Below are positions 9,690 through 22,379 of a stretch of DNA of 64,000 nt, one piece after another. The stretch comes from Taeniopygia guttata (taxonomy: Eukaryota): the NCBI RefSeq assembly GCF_048771995.1, contig NC_133041.1:4599324-4663323 (forward strand), in the 5' to 3' direction. How positions within the stretch are numbered: the first letter of the stretch is position 1; the number at the start of each line of letters is the position of its first letter. The notes below the pieces were generated by a model. The model saw only the letters and a program-made list of their open reading frames with translations. It made no database searches and had not been told where the DNA came from. A program made the translations under genes and the position numbers.

Positions 9690-12600
9690 TAGGGGGGGTT
9701 TAGAGCGATTTTAGGGGGATTTTGGGGCCATTTTAGAGGCAAAGTTGAGGATTTTTTGAAGGTTTAGGGTGGATTTTGGGAAATTTAGGATGGATTTTGG
9801 GTGATTTAGGGTGGATTTTGGGGGATTTTGGGTGGATTTAGGGGGGATTTAGGATGGATTTTGGGGGATTTTGGCAGGTTTAGGATGGATTTAGGAAGGA
9901 TTTTGGGGGATTTAGGATGGATTTAGGATGGATTTTGGGGGATTTTGGATGGATTTTGGGCCATTTCAGACAGATTTTGGGAGATTTAGGATGGATTTGG
10001 GATGGATTTTAGGGGATTTAGGATGGATTTAGGACAGTTTAGGATGGATTTTGGGGGATTTTGGGTGGATTTTGGGTGGATTTAGGATGGATTTTGGATG
10101 GATTCTGGGGGATTTAGGATGGATTTAGGAAGGTTTAGGATGGATTTTGGGTGGATTTGGGAAGGTTTAGGATGGATTTGGGAAGGTTTAGGATGGATTT
10201 TGGGAGATTTCGGAAGGATTTCAGAAGGTTTAGATTGGATTTAGGATGGATTTCGGAAGGTTTGTGATGGATTTTGGAAGATTTAGGATGGATTTTGGGA
10301 GATTTCGGATGGATTTAGGATGGATTTCGGACGGATTTTGGGCCATTTCAGGTGGATTTTTGGCCATTTCAGGTGGATTTTGGGCCATTTCAGACAGATT
10401 TTGGCCCGTTTCGGGTGGATTTTAGGCCATTTTGGGTGGATTTTGGGCGGTTTCGGGTGGCGCCGGGACCCTCCCGCTGCGGAGCGGCCCCCTGCCCCGC
10501 CGCCAGCCCACCCCGGAGCCCCCCAGCGACCCCGAGGACGGGGGGGACCCCGCCCAGAGCCCCCCCCAGCGGCCCCCCGAGATCAAGTACACTTTGGGGG
10601 GAAAAATGGGGGTTTTGGGCAAAAAAACCGGGCGTTTTTAGGGGGTTTGGGGGCCATTTTAGGGGGATTTTGGGGCCATTTCAGAGGGAAAGTTGAGGGT
10701 TTTGGAAGGTTTAGGATGGATTTTGGGGCATTTAGGATGGATTTTGGGGGATTTAGGATGGATTTTGGGTGGATTTAGGGTGGATTTCCGATGGACTTTG
10801 GGGGATTTAGGATGGATTTTGGAACATTTAGGATGGAATTAGGCAGGTTTAGGATGGATTTTGGGGCATTTCGGATGGATTTAGGAAGGTTTAGGATGGA
10901 TTTTGGGTGGATTTTGGGGAATTTAGGATGGATTTAGGATGGATTTAAGCAGGTTTTGGATGGATTTTGGGGCATTTTGGATGGATTTAGGAAGGTTTAG
11001 GATGGATTTTGGGTGGATTTAGGAAGATTTAGGATGGCTTTGGGAAGGTTTAGGATGGATTTTGGGGCATTTCGGGTGAATTTTAGAAGGTTTAGGATGG
11101 ATTTAGGAAGATTTAGGATGGATTTAGGATGGATTTAGGAAGATTTAGGATGGATTTTGGGAGATTTAGAATGGATTTAGTGTGGATTTAGGATGGATTT
11201 TGGGCCATTTCGGGCAGATTTTGGGCCGTTTCGGGCGGCGCCGGGACCCTCCCGCTGCGCAGCGGCCCCCTGCCCCGCCGCCAGCCCACCCCGGAGCCCC
11301 CCAGCGACCCCGAGGACGGGGGGGACCCCGCCCAGAGCCCCCCGCAGCGGCCCCCCGAGATCAAGTACACTTTGGGGGGAAAAACGGGCGTTTTGGGCAA
11401 AAAAACCCGGCATTTCTACGTGGTTTGGGGGCCATTTTAGGGGGATTTTTGTGCCATTTCAAAGGGAAAGTTGAGGATTTTGGAAGGTTTAGGATGGATT
11501 TAGGATGGATTTAGGATGGATTTTGGGCCATTTCGGGTGAATTTTAGAAGGTTTAGGATGGATTTAGGAAGATTTAGGATGGATTTTGGGAGATTTAGGG
11601 TGGATTTAGGATGGATTTAGGATGGATTTTGGGCCATTTCGGGCGTATTTTGGCCCATTTCGGGCGGCGCCGGGACCCTCCCGCTGCGCAGCGGCCCCCT
11701 GCCCCGCCGCCAGCCCACCCCGGAGCCCCCCAGCGACCCCGAGGACGGGGGGGACCCCGCCCAGAGCCCCCCCCAGCGGCCCCCCGAGATCAAGTACACT
11801 TTGGGGCGAAAAACGGGCGTTTTGGGCAAAAAAACCGGGGATTTCTACGTGGTTTGGGGGCCATTTTAGGGGCATTTTGGGGGGATTTTGCGGCCATTTC
11901 AGAGGGAAAGTTGAGGGTTTTTGGAAGGTTTAGGATGGATTTTGGGGCATTTAGGATGGATTTAGGATGGATTTTGGGGGATTTAGACAGGTTTAGGATG
12001 GATTTTGGGAGATTTCAGGTGGATTTAGGATGGATTTTGGGAGATTTAGGGTGGATTTAGGATGGATTTAGGATGGATTTTGGGGTATTTAGGATGAATT
12101 TTGGAACATTTAGGATGGATTTTGGGGAATTTAGGAAGGATTTAGGCAGCTTTAGGATGGATTTTGGGGGATTTAGGATGGATTTAGTATGGATTTTTGG
12201 GGATTTTGGATGGATTTCGGAAGGTTTAGATTGGATTTAGGATGGATTTAGGAAGGTTTGGGATGGATTTAGGAAGATTTAGGATGGATTTTGGGGCATC
12301 TAGGATGAATGTGGGATGGATTTTGGGGGATTTAGGGTGGATTTGGGATGGATTTTGGGGGATTTAGGATGGATTAAGGATGGATTTGGAGCATTTAGGA
12401 AGGTTTCGGATGGATTTTGGGGCATTTAGGGTGGATTTAGGATGGATTTTTGGGGCATTTAGGATGGATTTGGGATGGATTTTGGGGGCTTTAGGATGGA
12501 TTTTGGGGGATTTAGGGTGGATTTAGGATGGATTTTGGGGCATTTAGGAAGGTTTCGGATGGATTTTGGGGGATTTAGGATGGATTTACAAAGTTTTAGG

Positions 12601-13080
12601 ATGGATTTCGGATGGATTTTTGGGCATTTCGGATGGATTTAGGAACATTTAGGATTGATTTTGGGGGATTTAAGAAGGATTTTGGGGGATTTAGGATGAA
12701 TTTGGGAAAATTCAGAACAGATTTTTGGGGTTTGGACGAATTTTGGGATGAAATTTAAGCGATTTCGGGGCCATTTCCCAGTGAAAATTGAGGATTTTGG
12801 GAAGCTTCGGGTCAGATTTTGGATGAATTTTTGGGATTTCCAAAGAATTTGGGAGAAATTTTGGGGGAATTTTTCAGCATTTTGGCACAATCGAGGAAAA
12901 TTTCGGTTTTCATTCTAAATTTGAGTTTAATTCCTGCAAATCCAGGAAAAATCTCAGAATTTTCCAGCCAAAATCCCCCAAAATTTAACCCAAAATTCCC
13001 AAATTTTTGCTTTTTGGATCCCAAAATTTCCCCCAAAATCCCCCAAAGGAATTTTTTCCCAATTTTGTGGGATTTGACCC
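9690..13080. repeat. ~22-bp satellite ggatggatttaggatggattttgggg (PAGR1 intron 1) with embedded exon-1-tail copies
   Basis: The periodicity is visible directly. Confidence 0.9.
10459..11900 (+). other. Three partial copies of the PAGR1 exon 1 3' end plus donor plus ~90 bp of intron, inside the intron-1 satellite
   Basis: Copies of gcgccgggaccctcccgctgcg..cccccgagatcaa|gtacactttgggg..gggcgttttgggcaaaaaaacc lie at about 10459-10690, 11228-11470 and 11658-11900, and each keeps the GT donor. Confidence 0.8.
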
Positions 13081-13100
13081 CAAACTTTGGGATTTTCCAG

Positions 13101-13183
13101 GCCCCCTCCCCCCACGGAATTCGATTTTGACGACGAGCCCCTCCCCCCCAGCCCCGCCCTGATCGACCGGCGCCGCGCCCCAG
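13101..13183 (+). CDS. PAGR1: PAGR1 exon (83 nt)
   Basis: The acceptor is ttttccag|G and the donor cag|GTACC. It encodes (K)[27 protein letters not shown](G), matching human PAGR1 [26 protein letters not shown], and the phases fit both the previous and the next exon. Confidence 0.85.
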
Positions 13184-13189
13184 GTACCA

Positions 13190-14170
13190 AAAACACAAAT
13201 TTGGGGCGATTTGGGGGATTTGGGGAGTTTTGGGGAATTTGGGGAGCATTCTGGGATTTTGGGGAGATTTTTGGGGGATTTTTGGGGGGGTTTTGGGGGG
13301 TTTTTAGGGATAATTTTGGGTAATTTTGGGGAAATTCTGGGATTTTGGGGGAATTTTGGGAGGGGTTTTGGGGAATTTTGGGGGAATTTTTGGGGTTTTT
13401 TGGGGATATTTTTGGGGGTGATTTTGGGATTTTGGGGGGATTTTTTTGGGGTTTTTTGAGGGGATTTTTTTGGGGTTTTTGGGGTGATATTTTAGGGTTT
13501 TTTTGGGGTGATTTTGGGGCATTTTAGGATGGTTTTGGGGATATTTTGGGGGGATTTTTTGATTTTTGGGGGATTTTTGTGGGTTTTTTTGGTGGGGAGT
13601 TTTGGGGTTTTTGGGGGATTCTTTGGGGCGAATTTTGGGAAATTTTTTGGGGATTTTCGGGGGTTTGGGGATAATTTCAGGGTTTTTAGGGGGATTTTTG
13701 GGCCAATTTTGTGGCATTTTCACAGCGGTTTTTGGGCTGAATTTGCAGCAATTTCTCCGCAATTTTTGGGTTAATTTTGGGCATTTTCACAGCGATTTTT
13801 GGGCCAATTTTGGGTTCATTTTGTCGACGCTCACAGAGATTTTTGGGCTGATTTTGGGTTGATTTGGGTGATTTTCAGTGATTTTTGGGTCAATTTTGGA
13901 TTGATTTTCGTGATTTTCACAGTGATTTTTGGTCTATTTTGGGCTGATTTTGGGGCATTTTCAGAGCGATTTTTGGGTTGATTTTTGTGATTTTCACAGT
14001 GATTTTTGGGTTAATTTTGCGCATTTTCACTGCGATTTTCTGGGTAATTTTGTACATTTTCACAGAGATCTTCGGGTTAATTTTGGGTTAATTTTGTGCA
14101 TTTTCACAGTGATTTTTGGATTGATTTTGTGCATTTTCACAGCGATTTTCAGGTTAATTTTGTGGATTTT
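13190..14170. repeat. G/T-rich satellites (gggaattttgggg; cacagcgatttttgggttaattttgtgcatttt, ~62-bp) in PAGR1 intron 2
   Basis: The periodicity is visible directly. Confidence 0.85.
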
Positions 14171-14181
14171 CCCCATTTCAG

Positions 14182-14336
14182 GCCCGCCCAGCCGGGGGCA
14201 GAAGCGCGAGGCGCGGCTGGACAAGGTCCTGTCGGACATGAAGCGCCACAAGCGGCTGGAGGAGCAGATCCTGCGCACCGGCCGGGACCTGTTCCCGCCC
14301 CAGGGCCAGCGCCCCTTCCCCCGCCACAAAAACTGA
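14182..14336 (+). CDS. PAGR1: PAGR1 terminal coding exon (stop TGA at 14334-14336)
   Basis: The acceptor is ccccatttcag|. It encodes (G)[50 protein letters not shown], a near-identical match to human PAGR1 [37 protein letters not shown]. Confidence 0.85.
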
Positions 14337-14439
14337 CGGAAAAGGGAAAAAATGCAAAAAAAAATAACAGTTCGGGCACCTCGTGGTGTTTTGGGTCGAT
14401 TTGGAGCTGTTTTAGGGAGTTATACATTGATTTTTGGGG

Positions 14440-17400
14440 CATTTCCGGCCAGGACCTGTTCCCGCCCCAGGGCCAGCGCCCCTTCCCCAGGCACAAAAAC
14501 TGACGGAAAATGGGAAAAAATGCAAAAAAAATAATGGTTTGGGCACTCCGTGCTGTTTTGGGACGATTTGGAGCTGTTTTAGGGAGTTATACATTGATTT
14601 TTGGGTGATTTTTGGGGCATTTCCGGCCGGGACCTGTTCCCGCCCCAGGGCCAGCGCCCCTTCCCCAGGCAGAAAAACTGAGGGAAAAAGGGAAAAAATT
14701 GAAAAAAATTAACATTTCAGGCACTCGGCCTCGTTTTGGGTGAATTTCGGTGGTTTTTGGGTGATTTTTGGGCAATTTTTGGGTGATTTTTGGGGCATTT
14801 CCGGCCGGGACCTGTTCCCGCCCCAGGGCCAGCGCCCCTTCCCCCGCCACAAAAACTAAGGGAAAAAGGGAAAAAATCCAAAAAAAATAACATTTACGGC
14901 ACCCCACGGTGTTTTGGGACGATTTGGAGCTGTTTTAGGGAGTTATACATTGATTTTTGGGTGATTTTTGGGTGATTTTTGGGGCATTTCCGGCCGGGAC
15001 CTGTTCCCGCCCCAGGGCCAGCGCCCCTTCCCCCGCCACAAAAACTGAGGGAAAAGGGAAAAAATTGAAAAAAAATAATAGTTTGGGCACCCCACGTTGT
15101 TTTGGGGCGTTTTAGGGAGTTGTACATTGATTTTTCGGTGATTTTTCGGTGATTTTTGGGAGTTGTACATTGATTTTTGGGTGATTTTTGGGGTATTTTT
15201 GGCCAGGACCTGTTCCCGCCCCAGGGCCAGCGCCCCTTCCCCCGCCACAAAAACTGAGGGAAAAGGGAAAAATGCAAAAAAAATAACGTTTCGGGCACCC
15301 TGTGGTGTTTTTGGGTGAATTTTGGTGGTTTTTGGGTGATTTTTGGGCGATTTTATGGAGTTATACGTTGATTTTTCTGTGATTTTTGGGAGTTGTACAT
15401 TGATTTTTGGGTCATTTTAGGGAGTTTTATGTGGATTTTTGGGTGATTTTTGGGACTTTTACATTGAATTTTGGGACTTGTACATTGATTTTTGGGTGAT
15501 TTTTGGGAGTTATACATTGATTTTTGGGTGATTTTTAAGAGTTGCACATTGATTTTTCGTGATTTTTTTGGGAGTTATACATTGATTTTTTGGGTGATTT
15601 TTGGGAGTTGTACGTTGATTTTTCAGTGATTTTTGGGAGTTGTACATTTATTTTTGGTGATTTTTGGGGTGATTTTTGGGGTGATTTGGGGCATTTCCGG
15701 CCGGGACCTGTTCCCGCCCCAGGGCCAGCGCCCCTTCCCCCGCCACAAAAACTGACGGAAAATGGGAAAAATGCAAAAAAAATAACGTTTCGGGCACCCT
15801 GTGGTGTTTTTGGGTGAATTTTGGTGGTTTTTGGGTGATTTTTGGGCGATTTTATGGAGTTATACGTTGATTTTTCTGTGATTTTTGGGAGTTGTACATT
15901 GATTTTTGGGTCATTTTAGGGAGTTTTATGTGGATTTTTGGGTGATTTTTGGGACTTTTACATTGAATTTTGGGACTTGTACATTGATTTTTGGGTGATT
16001 TTTGGGAGTTATACATTGATTTTTGGGTGATTTTTAAGAGTTGCACATTGATTTTTCGTGATTTTTTTGGGAGTTATACATTGATTTTTTGGGTGATTTT
16101 TGGGAGTTGTACGTTGATTTTTCAGTGATTTTTGGGAGTTGTACATTTATTTTTGGTGATTTTTGGGGTGATTTTTGGGGTGATTTGGGGCATTTCCGGC
16201 CGGGACCTGTTCCCGCCCCAGGGCCAGCGCCCCTTCCCCAGGCACAAAAACTGAGGGAAAATGGGAAAAAATCCAAAAAAAAAAACATTTCAGGCACCTC
16301 ACGGTGTTTTGGGTCATTTTACGGAGTTGTACATTGATTTTTGGGTGATTTTTGGGGCATGTTTTACCAGGACCTGTTCCCGCCCCAGGGGCAGCGCCCC
16401 TTCCCCCGCCACAAAAACTGAGGGAAATGGGAAAAATGCAAAAAAAAATAACGTTTTGGGCATCTGGCGTTGTTTTGGGCGAATTTGGTGGTTTTTGGGT
16501 GATTTTTGGGCGATTTTATGGAGTTATACGTTGATTTTTGGGTGATTTTTGGGAGTTGTACATTGATTTTTCAGTGATTTTTGGAACTTGTACATTGATT
16601 TTTGGTGATTTTTGGGTTACTTTTGGGAGTTGTACATTGATTTTTGGGTGATTTTTGGGACTTGTACATTGATTTTTGGGAGTTGTACGTTGGTTTTTGG
16701 GTGATTTTTGGGTGATTTTTGGGGCATTTCCGGCCGGGACCTGTTCCCGCCCCAGGGCCAGCGCCCCTTCCCCAGGCACAAAAACTGAGGGAAAAAGGGA
16801 AAAAATGCAAAAAAAATAACGTTTCGGGCACTCGGCCTCGTTTTGGGTGAATTTCGGTGGTTTTTGGGTGATTTTATGGAGTTATACATTGATTTTTCGG
16901 TGATTTTTGGGAGTTATACATTGATTTTTCAGTGATTTTTGGGAGTTGTACATTGATTTTTCAGTGATTTTTGGAACTTGTACATTGATTTTTGGTGATT
17001 TTTGGGTTACTTTTGGGAGTTGTACATTGATTTTTGGGTGATTTTTGGGACTTGTACGTTGATTTTTGGGTGATTTTTCAGTGATTTTTGGGAGTCGTAC
17101 GTTGATTTTTGGGTGATTTTCGGCTGGGACCTGTTCCCGCCCCAGGGCCAGCGCTCCTTCCCACGGCACAAAAACTGACGGAAAAGGGGAAAAATGCAAA
17201 AAAAAATAACATTTACGGCACCCCACGGTGTTTTTGGGTCGTTTTAGGGAGTTGTACATTGATTTTTGGGTGATTTTTGGGAGTTGTACATTGATTTTTG
17301 GGTGATTTTTGGGGCATTTCCGGCCGGGACCTGTTCCCGCCCCAGGGCCAGCGCCCCTTCCCCAGGCACAAAAACTGAGGGAAAATGGCAAAAAATGCAA

Positions 17401-17740
17401 AAAAATAACATTTCAGGCACCCTGCCTCGTTTTGGGTGAATTTCGGAGGTTTTTGGGTGATTTTTGGGAGTTAAACACTGATTTTTCAGTGATTTTTCAG
17501 AGTTGTACATTGATTTTTCAGGGAATTTTGGGAGTTGTACATTGATTTTTGGGTGATTTTTGGGTGATTTTTAGGAGTTTTATGTTGATTTTTGGGAGTT
17601 GTACGTTGATTTTCAGGTGATTTTAGGGACTTCTACGTTGATTTTTGGGTGATTTTTGGGGCATTTCCGGCCGGGACCTGTTCCCGCCCCAGGGCCAGCG
17701 CCCCTTCCCCCGCCACAAAAACTGAGGGAAAAGGGAAAAA
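14440..17740 (+). other. About 12 partial copies of the PAGR1 last-exon 3' end (last ~17 codons plus stop plus the start of the 3' UTR), embedded in a ~35-bp satellite
   Basis: The unit gggacctgttcccgccccagggccagcgccccttcccc[ca]g[gc]cacaaaaactga[cg]ggaaaa.gggaaaaaatgcaaaaaaaataac recurs at about 14449, 14628, 14808, 14990, 15203, 15696, 16197, 16360, 16731, 17128, 17323 and 17664. Confidence 0.8.
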
Positions 17741-18436
17741 ATTCTCAAAAAAATAACGTTTCAGGCACCCCGTGGTGTTTTGGGTCGTTTTTTGGGTGAA
17801 TTTATGGAGTTATACATTGATTTTGGCTGATTTTTGGGTGATTTTTGGGAATTGTACATTGATTTTTCGGTGATTTTTGGCAGTTGTACATTGATTTTTT
17901 GGTAATTTTTGGGACTTCTACGTTGATTTTTGGGTGATTTTACGGAGTTTTATGTTGATTTTAGGGAGTTGTACATTGATTTTTGGATGATTTTTGGGAC
18001 TTTTACATTAAATTTTGGGTGATTTTGGGAGTTGTACATTGATTTTTTGGTAATTTTTTTAGGAGTTGTACGTTGATTTTTTGGCGATTTTTGGGGATTT
18101 TATGTTGATTTTTGGATGATTTCTGGGAGTTATACATTGATTTTTAGCGATTTTTGGGAGTCGTACATTGATTTTTGGGTGATTTTTGGGATTTTTACAT
18201 TGAATTTTGGGACTTGTACATTGATTTTTGGGTGATTTTTGGGTGATTTTTTGGGTGATTTTGGGCTGATTTTTTGGGTAATTTTGTGCATTTCCACGGC
18301 GATTTTCTCATTTCCACGACGATTTTTTTAACAGTTTTTTCCCATTTTTATGCTGAATTTCAATTCCCCCCCGAGTCCCAAAAAAACCCCAAAAGTCCAA
18401 GAATTCCCCCCAAAAAACCCCAAATTTGGGGTTTCT

Positions 18437-18549
18437 TCATTCGCTGTCGGAGTCGACGACGCCGCGGAGCCGCGACCAGTCCGGGGGGGGGAGGGGCGAC
18501 CTCGGCGGCGATTTTGGGGCCGTTTCGGCGTTTCTGCGGCGGGATCGCG
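18437..18549 (-). CDS. HIRIP3: HIRA-interacting protein 3, terminal coding exon (stop at 18437-18439)
   Basis: The minus-strand translation is (A)RSRRRNAETAPKSPPRSPLPPPDWSRLRGVVDSDSE*, matching the human HIRIP3 C-terminus ..RPRRRTAWNPLGEAAPPGELYRRTLDSDEERPRPAPPDWSHMRGIISSDGESN*. The acceptor is ttttttcccccag| (phase 1), which is compatible with the upstream exon. Confidence 0.65.
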
Positions 18550-18559
18550 CTGGGGGAAA

Positions 18560-19350
18560 AAAGAAATTAATTTGGGGAAATTTGGGAAAAATTTGGGAAA
18601 ATTTGGGGTTTTTACAGCGATTTTTTGGTGGTTTTATGGCGATTTTTCGTGTTTTTACGGTGATTTTTTGGTGTTTTTTGGGGATTTTTACGTTGATTTT
18701 TTGGCGAATTTTTGGGTCATTTTTTGGGGATTTTTTAGGTCGTTTTTGGGTGATTTTGTGGTGAATTTGGGGGTTTTACAGCGATTTTTGGGTGTTTTAT
18801 CGGTGATTTTGGGAGTTTTTATGGTGTTTTTTGGGTAATTTTGTGGCAATTTTATGGTGATTTTTTTGGGTCATTTTTAGGTGAATTTGGGATTTTTGTA
18901 GCGATTTTTGGGTGTTTTTTCGGTAATTTTGGGGGATTTTTATGTTCATTTTTAGGCAATTTTTGGATAATTCTTTGGCAATTTTAAGGTGATTTTTTTG
19001 GGTCATTTTTGGGTGATTTTGGGAATTTTCACAGCGATTTTGGGGCAGTTTTGGGATTTCTGCGGCGGGATCGGGATAAAAAAAGAAATTCAAGGGGAAA
19101 ATTTGGGGAAATTTGGGGAAAATTTGGGGTTTTTACAGCGATTTTTGGGTGATTTTTTCTGATCTTTTTTTTTGGGTGATTTTGGGGTGATTTGAGCATT
19201 TTCCCAACGATCTTCGGGGCAATTTTTTGGGTGATTTTGGAGATTTTTTTGATGATTTTAAAGGAATTTTGGCCATTTTCTCAACGATCTTTGGGGCGAT
19301 TTTGGTTCTTTTTTTTTTAAATAAAATGTTGGCGATTTTCACAGAAAATT
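18560..19350. repeat. G/T-rich satellite (ggtgattttgtggtgaatttgggggttttacagcgatttttgggtgtttt)
   Basis: It contains a second partial copy of the HIRIP3 last-exon flank (tttctgcggcgggatcggg at ~19060). Confidence 0.8.
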
Positions 19351-19396
19351 GAAGTTTTTAAGGGCAGAATTTTGGGGTTTTTTTGGGTTTTTTTAC

Positions 19397-19489
19397 CGGG
19401 TAAAATGTTGGAGGCGTCGAGGGCGGCGAGTTCGGCTCTTTCCTCGCGGCGGCGGCCGAGGCGGCGGCACCGGGCCAGGGACGGGGTGC
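19397..19489 (-). CDS. HIRIP3: HIRIP3 penultimate exon (3' end may extend: an alternative in-frame stop lies at 19317)
   Basis: The minus-strand translation is (G)TPSLARCRRLGRRREERAELAALDASNILP(G), matching human GTPSLGKCRALKEQREEAAEVASLDVANIISG. The acceptor is ctttttcag| and the donor G|GTAAAAAAA. Confidence 0.7.
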
Positions 19490-19499
19490 CTGAAAAAGC

Positions 19500-21200
19500 C
19501 AAAAAACGACCCAAAATTCACCCCAAAATCCACTGAAAACTCCACCCAAATCTGCAAAATTCCGCCAAAATTCCCCCAAATCCCAAAATTTCAGCCAGAA
19601 TCCCCCAATTCCCACCAAATCCCCCAAAATAACCGAATTTTACCCAAAATTACAGCAAAATTCCGCCCAAAATCCCGAAATTCTGCCCAAAATTCTGTGA
19701 AAATCCCAAAATTCCCCCAAATTCCTGTGAAAATCCCAAAATTCCCCCAAAATCCTTCAATTCTCCCAAAAATTCACCCGAAATTACAGAATTCCAGCAA
19801 AATCCATAAATTCCCAAAAAATTCTCTGGAAAATCCAAAAATGTCACCAAAAGTCCCAAAGTTCCACCCAAAATTCCTTGAAAATTCCAGGATTTCACTC
19901 AAAGTTATCCCCAAAATTTAATTTCACCCATAATTCCGTGAAAATCTCAAAATCCCACCCAAATTCCCAAAATTTCACCCAAAATCCTCCTGAAAGTCCC
20001 CAAAAAATCCGCAAAAACCCCAAAATCCCAGGAATTAATCCCAAAATCCCAAAATCCTGGGAATGAACCCCAAAAACCCTAAAATCACGGGAATTATCCC
20101 CAAAATCCCATGAATGAATCCCAAAATCCTGGGAATTAACCCCCAAAATCCCGGGAATTAACACAAAAAACCAAAATCCCGGGAATTAACTCCCAAAATC
20201 CCAGAAATTCATCCCAAAAAACCCCAAAATCCTGGGAATTAACCCCCAAAATCTCGGGAATTCACCCCAAAACCCCCAAAATCCTGGGAATTTTCCCCGA
20301 AAGCCCCAAAAATCCCGGGAATTATCCTCAAAATTCTGGGAATTCACCCCAAAATCCTGGGAATTAACCCCCAAAAAAACACCCAAAATCCCAGGAATTA
20401 AACCCAAAATCCCAAAATCCCGTGAATTCACCCCAAAATCCCGGGAATTGGCCCCAAAATCCGAAAACGCCGGGAATTCCCCCCGAAACCCCCCAAAATC
20501 CCGTGAATTCACCCCAAAACCCCCAAAATCCCGTGAATTCCCCCCAAAACCCCCAAAATCCCGTGAATTCCCCCCAAAACCCCCAAAATCCCGTGAATTC
20601 CCCCCGAAAACCCCAAAATCCCGTGAATTCCCCCCAAAACCCCCAAAACCTCGTGAATTCCCCCCAAAATCCCGTGAATTCCCCCGAAAATCCCCTGAAC
20701 TCCCCCCAAATCCCCAAAATCCCGGGAATTCCCCCCGAAATCCCCAAAATCCCGGGAATGAACCCCAAAATCCCGGGAATTCACCCCTAAAAAACCCAAA
20801 ATCCCGGGAATTCACCTCAAAACGCCGGGAATTCACCCCAAAAGCCCCGAAATCCCGGGAATCGATCCCCAAATCCCGGGAATTCACCCCAAAAGCCCCA
20901 AAATTCCAAGAATTCCCCCCAAAACCCCCAAAATCCCGGGAATGAACCCCAAAATCCCAGGAATTCACCCCAAAATCTCAGGAATTAACCCCAAAATCTC
21001 AGGAATTCACCCCAAAATCCTGGGCATTAACTCCTAAAATCTGAGGAATTCCCCCCAAAAAACCCGAAAATCCCGTGAATTCCCCCCAAAATCCCGAGAA
21101 TTCCCCCCAAAGCCCCAAAATCCCGGGAATTACCACAAAAAGACCCAAAATCCCGAGAATTCCCCCCAAAATCCCGGGAATTCCCCCAAACCCCACATCC
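19500..21200. repeat. ~22-bp satellite cccaaaatcccgggaattcacc in the HIRIP3 intron
   Basis: The periodicity is visible directly. Confidence 0.9.
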
Positions 21201-21206
21201 GGGCAC

Positions 21207-21351
21207 CTCTGAGGCCGAGCTCGCGCAGGGCGCCCCTCAGCGCCTCCAGCGCCTCGCGGCGGCTGCGGCACTTCCGGAACAGCCGCTTGTAGTTAGGGCG
21301 CCACCCAGCGGCGCGGAGGTATCGCTTCAGCCGCGCCACTTCCGGCGGGTC
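21207..21351 (-). CDS. HIRIP3: HIRIP3 exon encoding the conserved CHZ-adjacent region
   Basis: The minus-strand translation is DPPEVARLKRYLRAAGWRPNYKRLFRKCRSRREALEALRGALRELGLR(G), matching human MRLKRYIRACGAHRNYKKLLGSCCSHKERLSILRAELEALGMKG. The acceptor is ccccag| and the donor AGAG|GTGCCC. Confidence 0.75.
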
Positions 21352-21539
21352 CTGGGGGCGGGGCTCAGTCAGGGGCGGGGCTTGCGCAAACCACGCCCCC
21401 TCTGGGGATTTGGCGGGAAATTGGGGGTTTTGGCGGGAATGGGAAATTAAGGGGATTTTGGGGGATTTTGGCATAAATTTGTTCAAGTTTTGGGGTTTTG
21501 GGGTTTTGGAAAATGTGGGGAAGGTTTTGTGGGGAAAGT

Positions 21540-22300
21540 TGGTGAGGTGGTGATAAAGGAATGTGAATAAGGTAATTAAATAGAGAATAAAAATAAATAA
21601 ATAAAAATAAAAATAAATATAAATATAAAAAGAAATATAAATATATGTAAATATAAAAATCAATATAAATATAAAAATAAAAATAAAAATAAAAATCAAT
21701 ATAAATATAACCATAACTATAACTATAGCTATAACTAAAATATAAATATAAATATAAATATAAATATAAATATAAATGTAAATGTAAATGTAAATATATG
21801 TAAATATAAAAATCAACATAAATATAAAAATCAAAATAAATATAAAAATCAATATAAGTATAACCGTAACTATAACTATAACTATAACTAAACTAAAATA
21901 TAAATATAAATATAAATATAAATATAAATATAAATATAAATATAAATATAAATATAAACAGAGTATAAATATAAATATAAATATAAATATAATAGTTATA
22001 AAATTAACCATTAAATAATATAAGTATAAATAGTGCATAAATATAAGTATAAATATGAATAAAATAATTATAAAATTAACAATAAAATAAGATACATATA
22101 AGTACAAATAAAAGAAAATAATAAAATTAAAAATAAAATAATAAAAATAAAAATAAGAAATAAAATATAATATAATAAAATATAAAATTTAAAAACTAAA
22201 TAAAGTAAGTATAAATAAAAGAAATAAAATAATATAAATTAAACATATAAATAAAATAATATAAATAAAATAATAAAAGTTTTGTGGAAATTTAACAAAA
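21540..22300. repeat. AT-rich microsatellite, (ATAAAT/ATATAA)n
   Basis: The block is ~90% A+T inside an otherwise GC-rich region. Confidence 0.9.
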
Positions 22301-22379
22301 ACGGCAAATCGCAAACAAAATCTCGCCAAAAATCGAGAAAAACGGCACAGAAATAACCAATTGTTACCTTCATAATATT

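Noticed and set aside
7192-9714. An 840-aa ORF and a 669-aa ORF (7683-9692)
   Set aside because: They arise from the pyrimidine-only satellite (ccccattttcccaatttcc), which cannot contain stop codons. Only the last ~300 nt overlaps the real PAGR1 exon, and in a different frame.
19317-19514. A minus-strand ORF extending the HIRIP3 penultimate exon to a stop at 19317 (..ILPGKKTQKNPKILPLKTSIFCENRQHFI*)
   Set aside because: A conserved HIRIP3 C-terminal exon (..PPDWSRLRGVVDSDSE*) exists downstream at 18437-18549 and is phase-compatible with the donor at 19396-19397, so splicing is more likely than read-through. It is retained as an alternative.
21356-21420. Two GGGGCGGGGC GC-boxes suggesting a promoter right beside the HIRIP3 exon
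   Set aside because: The exon has a clear acceptor and continues from the upstream acidic exon in phase, so the GC boxes are intronic. They are more likely a fragment of GC-box satellite than a promoter.
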